DNA of 64,000 bases from Acidobacteriota bacterium (GTDB taxonomy: Bacteria; Acidobacteriota; Vicinamibacteria; Vicinamibacterales; 2-12-FULL-66-21). The notes below the pieces were generated by a model, which had not been told where the DNA came from, ran no database searches, and was given only the letters and a program-made list of their open reading frames with translations. Location: positions 9,953 to 73,952 of the forward strand of contig JBKOZS010000085.1 in NCBI GenBank assembly GCA_046726015.1. Reading direction: 5' to 3'. The position numbers were made by a program, and so were the translations under genes. The first letter of the stretch is position 1. Each line of letters begins with the position of its first letter. Positions 51,792-61,049 of this stretch are shown in pieces.

Positions 51792-52549
51792 AAAAGTTCT
51801 ATCGGATCGATCATCGCGGCACGCCGCGGCATGTCATCGACGAGGGCGGACGCTGGTGCTTGCTCGAAGGCGATCTGTTTGGCGCATACGAGGCAGGCGA
51901 CAGTGTCGCGGCGGACGGACAGAAGCTTCTTGCGCCGGTGATGCCGTCGAAGATCGTCGCCATTGGTCTCAATTACAAGGACCACGCCGCCGAACAAGGG
52001 AAGCCGCTGCCGAAAGAGCCGATGATGTTCATGAAGCCGTCGACCGCGGTCATCGGCCCCGGCGAGCCAATCGTGTTGCCCGACGGTGTCGGCCGCGTCG
52101 ATCACGAAGCCGAAGTTGGCGTCGTCATCGGCCGTAAAGCCCACCGGGTGTCAGAAGGGGACGCGCCGAACTATATCCTTGGCCTGACGTGTCTCAACGA
52201 CGTGACGGCGCGGGAACTGCAGGCGAAGGACATCCAGTACACGCGTGCGAAAGGGTTCGACACGTTCGCGCCGATTGGCCCCTGCGTCGCCACCGGCATC
52301 GACTACGGGGCGCCGGATGGGGTGGGCATTGAAGGCTGGGTCAACGGCACGCGGCGGCAATCATCGTCAACGAAAGAGCTCGTGTTTTCTATCGATCGCC
52401 TGGTGGCGTTCATCACGTCGGTGATGACCCTGCTGCCGGGCGACATCATTGCGACGGGTACGCCGGCCGGCATTGGATCGCTTGCTTCGGGCGATCGCGT
52501 CACAATAAAGGTGACGGGCGTCGGCGAGCTCACCAACCCGGTCCGGTAG
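51788..52549 (+). CDS. fumarylacetoacetate hydrolase (FAH) family protein
   Basis: 'KIVAIGLNYKDHAAE', 'HEAEVGVVIG', 'DVTARELQ', 'PGDIIATGTPAGIG'. Confidence 0.85.
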   Translation: MKKFYRIDHRGTPRHVIDEGGRWCLLEGDLFGAYEAGDSVAADGQKLLAPVMPSKIVAIGLNYKDHAAEQGKPLPKEPMMFMKPSTAVIGPGEPIVLPDGVGRVDHEAEVGVVIGRKAHRVSEGDAPNYILGLTCLNDVTARELQAKDIQYTRAKGFDTFAPIGPCVATGIDYGAPDGVGIEGWVNGTRRQSSSTKELVFSIDRLVAFITSVMTLLPGDIIATGTPAGIGSLASGDRVTIKVTGVGELTNPVR

Positions 52550-52571
52550 GAATAATCTTCGGAGGACGGAC

Positions 52572-53234
52572 ATGAAGATCTTCATCGATTCAGGCAGTCT
52601 CAAGGAAATCGAGGCGCTGGTGCCGCTTGGCATCATCGACGGCATAACCACGAACCCGTCGCTCCTGGCCAAAGAGGGAGGGGACTACCGGCAGATCCTG
52701 AAGAAGATTTGCGATGTCGTCCAGGGTCCGGTCAGCGCGGAGGTCGTCGCGACCGATTTCGACGGCATGATGCGCGAAGGACGCGACCTCGCGAAAATCG
52801 ACAAGCACATCGTCGTCAAGGTGCCGTTCACGCGCGACGGCGTCAAGGCGTGCAAGGCGCTGTCGCAGGAAGGCATTCGCGTCAACGTCACGCTCGTGTT
52901 TTCGCCCACGCAGGCCCTGATCGCCGCGAAGGTTGGAGCGACCTTCGTCAGCCCATTCGTCGGTCGTCTGGACGATATCGCGACGTCCGGCATGAGCCTG
53001 ATTCACGAGATTGTCGAGATCTTCCGCAATTACCAGTTCAAGACCGAGATCCTCGTGGCCAGCACGCGCGGGCCGATGCACATCGTCGAGGCGGCGCGCA
53101 TGGGGGCGGATATCTGCACGTGCCCCGCGGCGGTCATCGATAGCCTGTTCAAGCACCCGCTCACCGACATCGGACTGAAGAAGTTCCTGGAGGACTGGGA
53201 GAAGGCGCAGGCCGCCGTGGCTGTCAAGGCATGA
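52572..53234 (+). CDS. tal: transaldolase / fructose-6-phosphate aldolase (short type)
   Basis: 'MKIFIDSGSLKEIEALVPLGIIDGITTNPSL', 'VVKVP', 'VNVTLVFS', 'FVSPFVGRLDD'. Confidence 0.9.
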   Translation: MKIFIDSGSLKEIEALVPLGIIDGITTNPSLLAKEGGDYRQILKKICDVVQGPVSAEVVATDFDGMMREGRDLAKIDKHIVVKVPFTRDGVKACKALSQEGIRVNVTLVFSPTQALIAAKVGATFVSPFVGRLDDIATSGMSLIHEIVEIFRNYQFKTEILVASTRGPMHIVEAARMGADICTCPAAVIDSLFKHPLTDIGLKKFLEDWEKAQAAVAVKA

Positions 53235-53236
53235 TG

Positions 53237-53254
53237 GCGGACCTGAAGGTCCGC
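53237..53254 (+). terminator. perfect 7-bp stem hairpin GCGGACC-tgaa-GGTCCGC just after the tal stop (no U-run)
   Basis: Read directly. Shares the GGACCT/AGGTCC motif with the heptamer arrays. Confidence 0.4.
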
Positions 53255-53291
53255 ACTCGGGGCGCCGCTCTCTAGAGAGCCGGCGACCTGC

Positions 53292-54839
53292 ATGGATCCG
53301 ATCAAACACCTCGAAGATCTCGAACGGCGCGCGGAGCTCGGAGGCGGTGAAGACCGCCTCCGCCGCCAGCACGAAGCGGGCAAGCTCACCGCCCGCGAAC
53401 GGATCGACTTCCTCTTCGATGCCGGCACGTTCCAGGAAATCGACAAGCTCGTCACGCACCGGTGCCGCGACTTCAGCATGGATGAACCGGACCAGCTGAT
53501 TCCGGGTGACGGCGTCGTCGCCGGGTACGGCCGCATCGACGGCCGTCCCGTCTACGCCTTCGCGCAGGACTTCACCGTCTTCGGCGGGTCGCTCTCCGAA
53601 ACCAACGCCGCCAAGATCGTGAAGATCATGGATCTCGCGATGAAGATGGGCGCGCCGGTCGTCGGCCTGAACGACTCCGGCGGCGCTCGCATCCAGGAAG
53701 GCGTGATGTCGCTGGGTGGCTACGCGGACATCTTCCTGCGCAACACGCTCGCCTCCGGTGTCATTCCCCAGATCTCCGCGATCATGGGGCCGTGTGCGGG
53801 TGGAGCGGTCTATTCCCCGGCGATCACCGACTTCAACATCATGGTCGAGGGTACGAGCTACATGTTCGTGACGGGCCCCGACGTGATCAAGACCGTGACG
53901 CACGAGGAGGTGACGAAGGACGAGCTCGGCGGAGCCATGACGCACAACGCGACCAGCGGCGTCGCGCATTTTGCCGTCCCGGACGATCGTGAATGCCTTC
54001 GGCTGATTCGCGAGCTGCTCGGATATCTTCCCGGCAACAACATCGACGATCCGCCGCAACGCGAGACCGCGGATCCCGTCGACCGCGAGGACGAGCGCCT
54101 CGACCGGCTCGTGCCCGAGTCTCCCACGCAGCCTTACGACATGCTCGATCTCGTCCATGCCGTCGCGGACGAGGGAGCGTTTCTCGAAGTGCACCGTCAC
54201 TACGCCAAGAACATCATTGTCGGCTTCGCGCGGCTGAGCGGGCGTTCCGTCGGCATCGTCGCGAACCAGCCGGCGCACCTGGCAGGGACGCTCGATATCG
54301 ACGCATCGGTGAAGGGCGCGCGCTTCGTCCGCTTCTGCGACGCGTTCAACATCCCGCTCGTCACGTTTGAAGACGTGCCCGGATTCCTGCCGGGCACGCG
54401 GCAGGAGTACGGCGGCATCATCCGTCACGGCGCGAAGCTGTTGTTCGCGTTTGCGGAGGCGACGGTGCCGAAGGTGACGGTGATTACGCGAAAAGCGTAC
54501 GGCGGCGCCTACTGCGTCATGTCGAGCAAGCACATTCGAACCGACCTGAACTTTGCCTGGCCGACGGCAGAAATCGCGGTAATGGGCCCCGAAGGGGCGG
54601 TCAACATTCTCTACAAGCGCGAGCTCGAAAAGGCTGCCGACCCGCAGTCGGCCCGCGCCGCCAAAGTGGCGGAGTTCCGGGAAAAGTTCGCGAATCCTTA
54701 TGTGGCCGCCGAACGCGGGTTCATCGACGAAGTGATCCGCCCGCGCCACACCCGCGCGAAGCTGATCGCCGCCCTCGCCACGCTCGAAAACAAGCGGGAC
54801 AAAAATCCTCCAAAAAAACACGGTAACATTCCCCTGTGA
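53292..54839 (+). CDS. acyl-CoA carboxylase carboxyltransferase subunit (propionyl-CoA carboxylase beta / methylmalonyl-CoA carboxyltransferase family)
   Basis: '[18 protein letters not shown]', '[12 protein letters not shown]', 'AYGGAYCVM'. Confidence 0.9.
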   Translation: MDPIKHLEDLERRAELGGGEDRLRRQHEAGKLTARERIDFLFDAGTFQEIDKLVTHRCRDFSMDEPDQLIPGDGVVAGYGRIDGRPVYAFAQDFTVFGGSLSETNAAKIVKIMDLAMKMGAPVVGLNDSGGARIQEGVMSLGGYADIFLRNTLASGVIPQISAIMGPCAGGAVYSPAITDFNIMVEGTSYMFVTGPDVIKTVTHEEVTKDELGGAMTHNATSGVAHFAVPDDRECLRLIRELLGYLPGNNIDDPPQRETADPVDREDERLDRLVPESPTQPYDMLDLVHAVADEGAFLEVHRHYAKNIIVGFARLSGRSVGIVANQPAHLAGTLDIDASVKGARFVRFCDAFNIPLVTFEDVPGFLPGTRQEYGGIIRHGAKLLFAFAEATVPKVTVITRKAYGGAYCVMSSKHIRTDLNFAWPTAEIAVMGPEGAVNILYKRELEKAADPQSARAAKVAEFREKFANPYVAAERGFIDEVIRPRHTRAKLIAALATLENKRDKNPPKKHGNIPL

Positions 54840-56350
54840 AGGTATTGATCGCGAACCGCGGCGAGATCGCGGTGCGCATCATCAGGGCTTGCCGCGAGAT
54901 GGGGCTGCCGACGGTGGCGGTCTATTCCGACTGCGATCGTGGCGCGCGCCACGTGCGCGACGCGGACCAGGCCGTGCACATCGGGCCGAGCCCTGCGCCC
55001 CAGAGCTACCTTCGCATCGATCGGCTGCTCGAGGCCGCGAGAGCCACGGGCGCCGATGCCGTGCATCCTGGTTACGGGTTTCTCGCGGAGAACGCCGCGT
55101 TCGCGCGCGCGTGCCACGACGCGGGTCTCATCTTCATCGGTCCCATACCGGACGCGATCGAGAAGATGGGCAGCAAGACCGGCGCGCGGGCCATTGCCAC
55201 GGACGCCGGCGTGCCGATCGTTCCGGGCACCGACACGCCGCTCGACGAGCGCGCAAGCGACGACGAGATCCTCGTGGCCGCTGGCCGCGTCGGCTACCCA
55301 CTGCTCGTCAAGGCTGTGGCCGGCGGCGGTGGAAAAGGCATGCGCGTCGTCGAGGCGCCGGACGCCCTGCTTGCCGCGGTGCGGACGGCCAGGTCGGAAG
55401 CTGGATCTGCATTCGGCGACACCACCGTGTATTTCGAACGCCGGCTGCTTCACCCGCGCCATATCGAGATCCAGTTGCTCGGCGATCACCACGGCACCGT
55501 CGTGCCGTTCGTCGAGCGCGAGTGCTCGATCCAGCGGCGGCACCAGAAAGTCGTCGAGGAATCACCGTCGCTTGCCGTCACGCCGGATCTGCGTCGCCGG
55601 ATGGCGTCGGCAGCGCAGTCGGTCGCGAAGGCCGCCGGCTATACCAACGCCGGCACCATCGAGTTCCTGCTCGACGAGGATGGCTCCTTCTACTTCCTCG
55701 AGATGAACACGCGCCTGCAGGTCGAGCATCCGGTGACCGAAATGGTGACGAGCATCGATCTCGTGCACTGGCAGATCCGGATCGCGCAGGGCGAGCGGCT
55801 CTCGATCGATCCGGAGCGCGCGATCGCACCGCACGGGCACGCGATTGAATGCCGGATCTACGCTGAGGATCCAGACCAGGGGTTTCTGCCGTCGCCCGGT
55901 CTCGTGCGGGGACTGCGCGCGGCCAGTGGCCCGGGAATTCGCAACGACGGTGGGGTCATCGCCGGCTACACGGTGCCGGTCTTCTACGACTCGATGATCG
56001 CCAAGCTGATCGCGTGGGCGGAGTTGCGGGCTGACGCCATCGCGCGCATGGAGCGCGCGCTGGGCGAATACGAAGTGCTCGGGATCCGGACGACGATCCC
56101 GTTCTTTCTGTGGCTGATGCGGGAACCGGATTTCGTCGAAGGACGCTTCGATACGACATACCTCGACCGCGTGCTGGCTGCCCGCCGCGGCGAGTCGTTC
56201 ACAACGCTGACGGAAGCCGAAGAAACGGAACTGGCCATTGCCGCCGGGATCGACGCCTGGTGGCGGGCGAGCCGCGGCGCGGCATCGCCGGCGTCCTCCT
56301 CGAGTGGCGCATGGAAGAGCGCGGCACGACGGGACGCGCTGCGTGGATAG
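54836..56350 (+). CDS. biotin carboxylase subunit (ATP-grasp)
   Basis: '[22 protein letters not shown]', '[18 protein letters not shown]', '[14 protein letters not shown]'. Confidence 0.9.
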   Translation: MKVLIANRGEIAVRIIRACREMGLPTVAVYSDCDRGARHVRDADQAVHIGPSPAPQSYLRIDRLLEAARATGADAVHPGYGFLAENAAFARACHDAGLIFIGPIPDAIEKMGSKTGARAIATDAGVPIVPGTDTPLDERASDDEILVAAGRVGYPLLVKAVAGGGGKGMRVVEAPDALLAAVRTARSEAGSAFGDTTVYFERRLLHPRHIEIQLLGDHHGTVVPFVERECSIQRRHQKVVEESPSLAVTPDLRRRMASAAQSVAKAAGYTNAGTIEFLLDEDGSFYFLEMNTRLQVEHPVTEMVTSIDLVHWQIRIAQGERLSIDPERAIAPHGHAIECRIYAEDPDQGFLPSPGLVRGLRAASGPGIRNDGGVIAGYTVPVFYDSMIAKLIAWAELRADAIARMERALGEYEVLGIRTTIPFFLWLMREPDFVEGRFDTTYLDRVLAARRGESFTTLTEAEETELAIAAGIDAWWRASRGAASPASSSSGAWKSAARRDALRG

Positions 56351-56362
56351 GCAGTCCGCGCG

Positions 56363-56884
56363 ATGACGTTCGAAATCGAGCTGAACGGACGCACGCGCCA
56401 GGTGATCGTCGAGCGCGCCGGCGACGACCCAGGACGTTTTCGCGTCAGCGTCGACGGCCACTCGAGGATCGTCGATGCGCAGCGTGTCGGCGAATTTGGC
56501 GTATCGCTCCTGTTTCCCGGCGACTCATGCCAGGGAACGGCCATCGATCTCGCCCCGGGATCAGCTCCTGGTGAAATCCTGGCACACCTTGCCGGGCGCA
56601 CGGTCCCGCTCGTCCTCAACGGCCGCCGAGCGGGTCGCGGTGCGGCCGGCGCTGCCGCCGGGGCGCACGGCGAGCAGAAGGTCACCGCACCGATGCCGGG
56701 GCGCGTGGTGCGGGTGCTGGTCTCGCAAGGTCAAGATGTTGCCGTCGGGCAGCCGATCGTTGTCGTCGAAGCCATGAAGATGGAGAACGAGTTGCGCTCG
56801 CCGAAAGCGGGACGCGTCAAGGACGTCGTGGTCGAGGCCGGCACGTCCGTCGAGGCCGGACGCGTCCTCGTCGTCATCGAATAA
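56363..56884 (+). CDS. biotin carboxyl carrier / biotinyl-lipoyl domain protein
   Basis: 'VVVEAMKMENEL' biotinylation motif near the C-terminus. Confidence 0.8.
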   Translation: MTFEIELNGRTRQVIVERAGDDPGRFRVSVDGHSRIVDAQRVGEFGVSLLFPGDSCQGTAIDLAPGSAPGEILAHLAGRTVPLVLNGRRAGRGAAGAAAGAHGEQKVTAPMPGRVVRVLVSQGQDVAVGQPIVVVEAMKMENELRSPKAGRVKDVVVEAGTSVEAGRVLVVIE

Positions 56885-56894
56885 CAGGGTCCCA

Positions 56895-59800
56895 GTGCAC
56901 GAGCAGCAGATTCCACCGGAGCAGCCGAAGGCCGAGGCCACGGCGCCCCCCGCTGAGCCGCCACGCAAGCGGCGGAAGCATCCGGTCCTGCGCGCGCTCG
57001 GCATTCTGGTGGCGATCGTTGCCGCGCTGATCGTCGCGTTCTTCACCGTCGACATGGGGCCGTCGGTCCGCAAGCGCGCGGAAACTGCCGGCTCGAACTA
57101 TCTCAAGCGGCCGATGCACATCGGCAAATTGAGCGTCCGCCTGTCGACCGGCACGTTCATTGTCGAAGACCTGGTCATCGAAGGACTGAAGCCAACCGAT
57201 CGCCCGTTCCTCAAGGCGAAGCGCATCGCGGTGAACATGCCGTGGTGGACGATCTTCAACAAGGAGCTCGTGATCCAGGACCTGGATATGAGCGACTGGG
57301 AGATGCTGGTCGAGCAGTTCAGGAACGGTCACAACTTTCCCAAGATCGTCCCAGAGTCGAAGGGACCGAAAGGACCGAAGCGGTTCGTCACCACGGTGCG
57401 ATCGGTCATCGCGCGTAACGGTCAGTTCACCTACGAAGATCACACGACACCGTGGAGCACCGTCGCGCGCAACCTGAACGTGTCGGTCTGGAAGGGGCTC
57501 GATACGTACCGCGGCACCGCGCAATTCACGAACGGCTCGGTCGCGATCCAGTCATACCGGCCGTTTCGCGCGGACATGCAGACCGCCTTCAAGATCGATG
57601 GCGGAAAAGTGATCCTCGATCGAATCGATCTGAAGAGTGAAGGGGCAACGAGCGCCGTCACGGGCTTCGTCGACCTGGCGCGCTGGCCCGAGATGGTCTA
57701 CAACGTGCGATCGCACGTCGATTTTCCCATCCAGAAAGAGATCTTCTTCAAGGAGATGAACTTCGGTGTCACCGGCCAGGCCGACTTCACCGGCGTCTTT
57801 CGTTTCTTCAAGGGAGGGCGTGAGCTGAAGGGACACTTCACGACACCGGAAGCTGGCGTCAATGTTGGAGGAAACGCGTGGCGGTTCCAGGACGTTGCCG
57901 GCTCGCTGCTCTGGATTCCGAGCACGTTCGAGGTGACCGACGTTACGACGTCGCTTTACGGTGGACGCGCGAAGTTCCTGTACTCGATGGCGCCGCTCGG
58001 CGCCGGCCCGGCGAAACCCACGCAGGTTGTGTGGGACGCGCTCTACAGGGATGTCGATCTCGCCACGCTCACCGACTTCCTCCAGACCCAGGGTTTGCGC
58101 CTCGCCGGCCGCGCCACAGGTCACAATCGTCTTGAATGGCCGCTCGGGAAATTCGCCCGGAAGCACGGTGAAGGAGAAATCGCGACGACGCCTCCGTCCG
58201 GCATCCGGCCGATGACGCGTGAGATTGCGGCGGATGTCATCGCCACGGTGGATCCGCTGCTGCCCGAACAAGGACCGTTCAACCCGCGGCTGTGGATTGG
58301 GTACGTGCCCATCGCAGGAAAGATCACTTACCGGCTCGATCCGGACTGGATCACGATCGGCGATGGCAGCTGGGCCGCGACCGAGAAGACGTACGTCGAG
58401 TTCTCGGGGCGAACCGCGTGGCTCCACAACTCGCGGATTCCATTCCATGTCACGAGCGCAGACTGGCAGGAGAGCGATCGCCTGCTCGCCGGGATCATGA
58501 CCGCGTTTGGATCGTCGACCGGTGCGATCCCGATTGGCGGGCGCGGCCAGTTCGATGGCGTCATGCTCGAGTCGTTTTCGAGGCCGCGTATCGAGGGACA
58601 CTTCGACGGCGAGCGGATGCGCGCGTGGGATGTGCTGTGGGGGCGTGGCATTGCCGATCTCGTGATCGAGAACAGCTACGTGACGATCTCCAAGGGACTG
58701 ATCCAGCACGAGAGATCTGAAATCGCGGCGGAGGGAAAGTTCTCGCTTGGCTATCCGCGCAAGGATCTCGGCGAAGAGCTGAACGCGATCGTCCGGATGA
58801 GCAAGCGGCCGCTGGCCGATCTCCGGCACGCGTTCGAACTGGACGACTATCCCGTCGAGGGGCTCGCTTCGGGGGAATACCACATCTGGGGCAAGTACGA
58901 GAGGCCTGACGGTTTCGGCCGTCTGCAGATCGACAACGGTGTCGCGTACGGCGAGCCGTTCGATGTTGCGACCGCCAACCTCCGGTTTGAGGGCAACGGC
59001 GTAAGACTCGACGCGATGGACATCAAGAAATCGACCGGCAGAGTGACCGGCGCTGCCTGGGTCGGCTGGGAAGGCAATTACTCGTTCGATGCAACCGGAA
59101 GCAAGATTCCGGTCGAATCGCTCGCGTCCATGTCGTTTCCACGTGCTCCGCTGTCAGGGATCCTTCAGTTCACCGCGACCGGTGCGGGCACATTCGAGTC
59201 GCCCCGGTACGACGTGAAGCTGGCCATCGCGGATCTGTTCGCCGGCGACGAAGGGATCGGCCAGGTGAGCGGCCGGCTCTCGATGCGCGGCGAGATGCTG
59301 ACGATCGAGATGGAAGCGGCATCCCCGCGCCTGTCGGTCTCCGGCTCGGGTCGCATCGCGTTGACACCGGAGATGGACGCGGAGATCACGATGCGCGTGT
59401 CGGACACGTCGCTCGATCCGTACATCCGTTTCTTCCAGCCGACGCTCTCTCCCTTTACGACGGCGGTTGCCGACGGCACGATTCGGATTGTCGGCGAGCT
59501 CGCGGATATCGATCACCTCCTCGTCGAGGCGAATGTCGAGCAGTTGCGGCTGAAGCTGTTCGACTACCCGGCGCACAACGAAGGGCCGATCAAGATCGCC
59601 CTCAACCAGCACCGCATCGATGTCCAGCGTTTCCGGCTGGCTGGCGAAGGCACGGCCCTCGAACTGTCAGGGGAGATCGGCCTGCACGACAACAAAATCG
59701 CGTTGAATGCTTCCGGAGATGCCAACCTTGGCATCCTCCAGGGCTTCTACCGGGAGATTCGCACTGCGGGCACCGCCTCACTCAACGCCGAAATCCGCGG

Positions 59801-61049
59801 CGATCTGGATGCGCCCGTGTTCTCCGGCAGCGCCACGATCAAGGACGGGCGTTTCCGCTATTCCACGCTGCCGCACGGCCTGCAGGCGATCAACGGCCGG
59901 CTGCAATTCGACGCGCAGGGGATTCGCATCGTGGATGCAAGCGCCGAACTCGGCGGCGGAAAGGTTCAGTTCGGCGGCCGCGTCGGTATCAAAGGGTTTG
60001 CTCTGGGAGAACTGAACCTCACCGCCACCGGCGAGCGGATGAACCTGCGCTACCCGGAAGGGTTCCGCTCGATTCTCGATGCCTCGCTCGCACTGCGCGG
60101 CGACGTCTCGTCACCCGTGCTGAGCGGCAGGGTCGTGCTCATTGACGGCGTTTACACGAAGCGGTTCGAGCCGAATGTCGACATCTTCAACCTGGGCGGG
60201 GGTTCGGCGCTGCCGTCGCCGGTATCCGGCCCGACGATCCCCCTGCGCTTCGACATCCAGATCTCGGCGCCTTCCACGATGCGGGTTGAAAACAATCTGG
60301 CGCGCCTCGTCGCGCGCGCCGATTTGACGCTGAGCGGCACCTATGATCGGCCACAGCTGTTCGGCCGAGCCGAAATCGAGCGCGGCGACATTCTCTTCGA
60401 AGGCAATCGCTACGTGGTGACGCGCGGCACGATTGATTTCCTGAATCCCGCGCGCATCGAGCCGTTCTTCGACATCGAGGCGGAGACACGCGTCCGGGCC
60501 GCGACCAGCACGGCTGGTGCGGGAACGAGTGAGACGTATCGCGTGACGTTTGCGGTCACCGGCACGCTTGGCGGCCGCATGAACATGCAGCTGAATTCCG
60601 ATCCGCCGCTGGCGCCGGTTGACATCATTGCGCTGATCTTCGGCCAGTCACCCAACATCGCCAACGCGGAGCTGAACGCGCTGCGGCCAACGGCCGTCAC
60701 GCAATCGGAAGAGGCGCTGCTGCGCCAGGCGTTCGTTCGTTTGGCGGCCGGGCCGATCGCGGCGCCAGTCAGCCGCGTCCTCGAACAGACGTTTGGCGTC
60801 AGCACCGTGCAGATCGCGCCGAGCCTCGGCACCGAGAACGATCCACTGACGCCGACCGCGCGCCTGATCATCGGCAAACGGATCTCGAGCCGCGCCTACC
60901 TCACCTTCTCGCGCGCGCTGGGCACGACCCAGCGGGAACAGATCATCATTCTCGAATACGATCAGACGCAGAATTTCGGCTGGGTGCTCACGCAGAACGG
61001 CGATCGCACGTTCTCCGTCGACTTCAGGGTCCGCCGCCAAATCTTCTGA
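56895..61049 (+). CDS. tamB: translocation and assembly module protein TamB (DUF490 family)
   Basis: 1384 aa. N-terminal TM anchor, long beta-rich body, DUF490-like C-terminus. Directly precedes an Omp85 gene with a 1-nt overlap. Confidence 0.8.
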   Translation: MHEQQIPPEQPKAEATAPPAEPPRKRRKHPVLRALGILVAIVAALIVAFFTVDMGPSVRKRAETAGSNYLKRPMHIGKLSVRLSTGTFIVEDLVIEGLKPTDRPFLKAKRIAVNMPWWTIFNKELVIQDLDMSDWEMLVEQFRNGHNFPKIVPESKGPKGPKRFVTTVRSVIARNGQFTYEDHTTPWSTVARNLNVSVWKGLDTYRGTAQFTNGSVAIQSYRPFRADMQTAFKIDGGKVILDRIDLKSEGATSAVTGFVDLARWPEMVYNVRSHVDFPIQKEIFFKEMNFGVTGQADFTGVFRFFKGGRELKGHFTTPEAGVNVGGNAWRFQDVAGSLLWIPSTFEVTDVTTSLYGGRAKFLYSMAPLGAGPAKPTQVVWDALYRDVDLATLTDFLQTQGLRLAGRATGHNRLEWPLGKFARKHGEGEIATTPPSGIRPMTREIAADVIATVDPLLPEQGPFNPRLWIGYVPIAGKITYRLDPDWITIGDGSWAATEKTYVEFSGRTAWLHNSRIPFHVTSADWQESDRLLAGIMTAFGSSTGAIPIGGRGQFDGVMLESFSRPRIEGHFDGERMRAWDVLWGRGIADLVIENSYVTISKGLIQHERSEIAAEGKFSLGYPRKDLGEELNAIVRMSKRPLADLRHAFELDDYPVEGLASGEYHIWGKYERPDGFGRLQIDNGVAYGEPFDVATANLRFEGNGVRLDAMDIKKSTGRVTGAAWVGWEGNYSFDATGSKIPVESLASMSFPRAPLSGILQFTATGAGTFESPRYDVKLAIADLFAGDEGIGQVSGRLSMRGEMLTIEMEAASPRLSVSGSGRIALTPEMDAEITMRVSDTSLDPYIRFFQPTLSPFTTAVADGTIRIVGELADIDHLLVEANVEQLRLKLFDYPAHNEGPIKIALNQHRIDVQRFRLAGEGTALELSGEIGLHDNKIALNASGDANLGILQGFYREIRTAGTASLNAEIRGDLDAPVFSGSATIKDGRFRYSTLPHGLQAINGRLQFDAQGIRIVDASAELGGGKVQFGGRVGIKGFALGELNLTATGERMNLRYPEGFRSILDASLALRGDVSSPVLSGRVVLIDGVYTKRFEPNVDIFNLGGGSALPSPVSGPTIPLRFDIQISAPSTMRVENNLARLVARADLTLSGTYDRPQLFGRAEIERGDILFEGNRYVVTRGTIDFLNPARIEPFFDIEAETRVRAATSTAGAGTSETYRVTFAVTGTLGGRMNMQLNSDPPLAPVDIIALIFGQSPNIANAELNALRPTAVTQSEEALLRQAFVRLAAGPIAAPVSRVLEQTFGVSTVQIAPSLGTENDPLTPTARLIIGKRISSRAYLTFSRALGTTQREQIIILEYDQTQNFGWVLTQNGDRTFSVDFRVRRQIF

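Noticed and set aside
52590-54821. 743-aa ORF antisense to the transaldolase and carboxyltransferase genes
   Set aside because: It spans two well-supported plus-strand genes and their intergenic gap. Its composition (R/D/H/V-rich, no hydrophobic core pattern) indicates a GC-driven open frame, not a gene.
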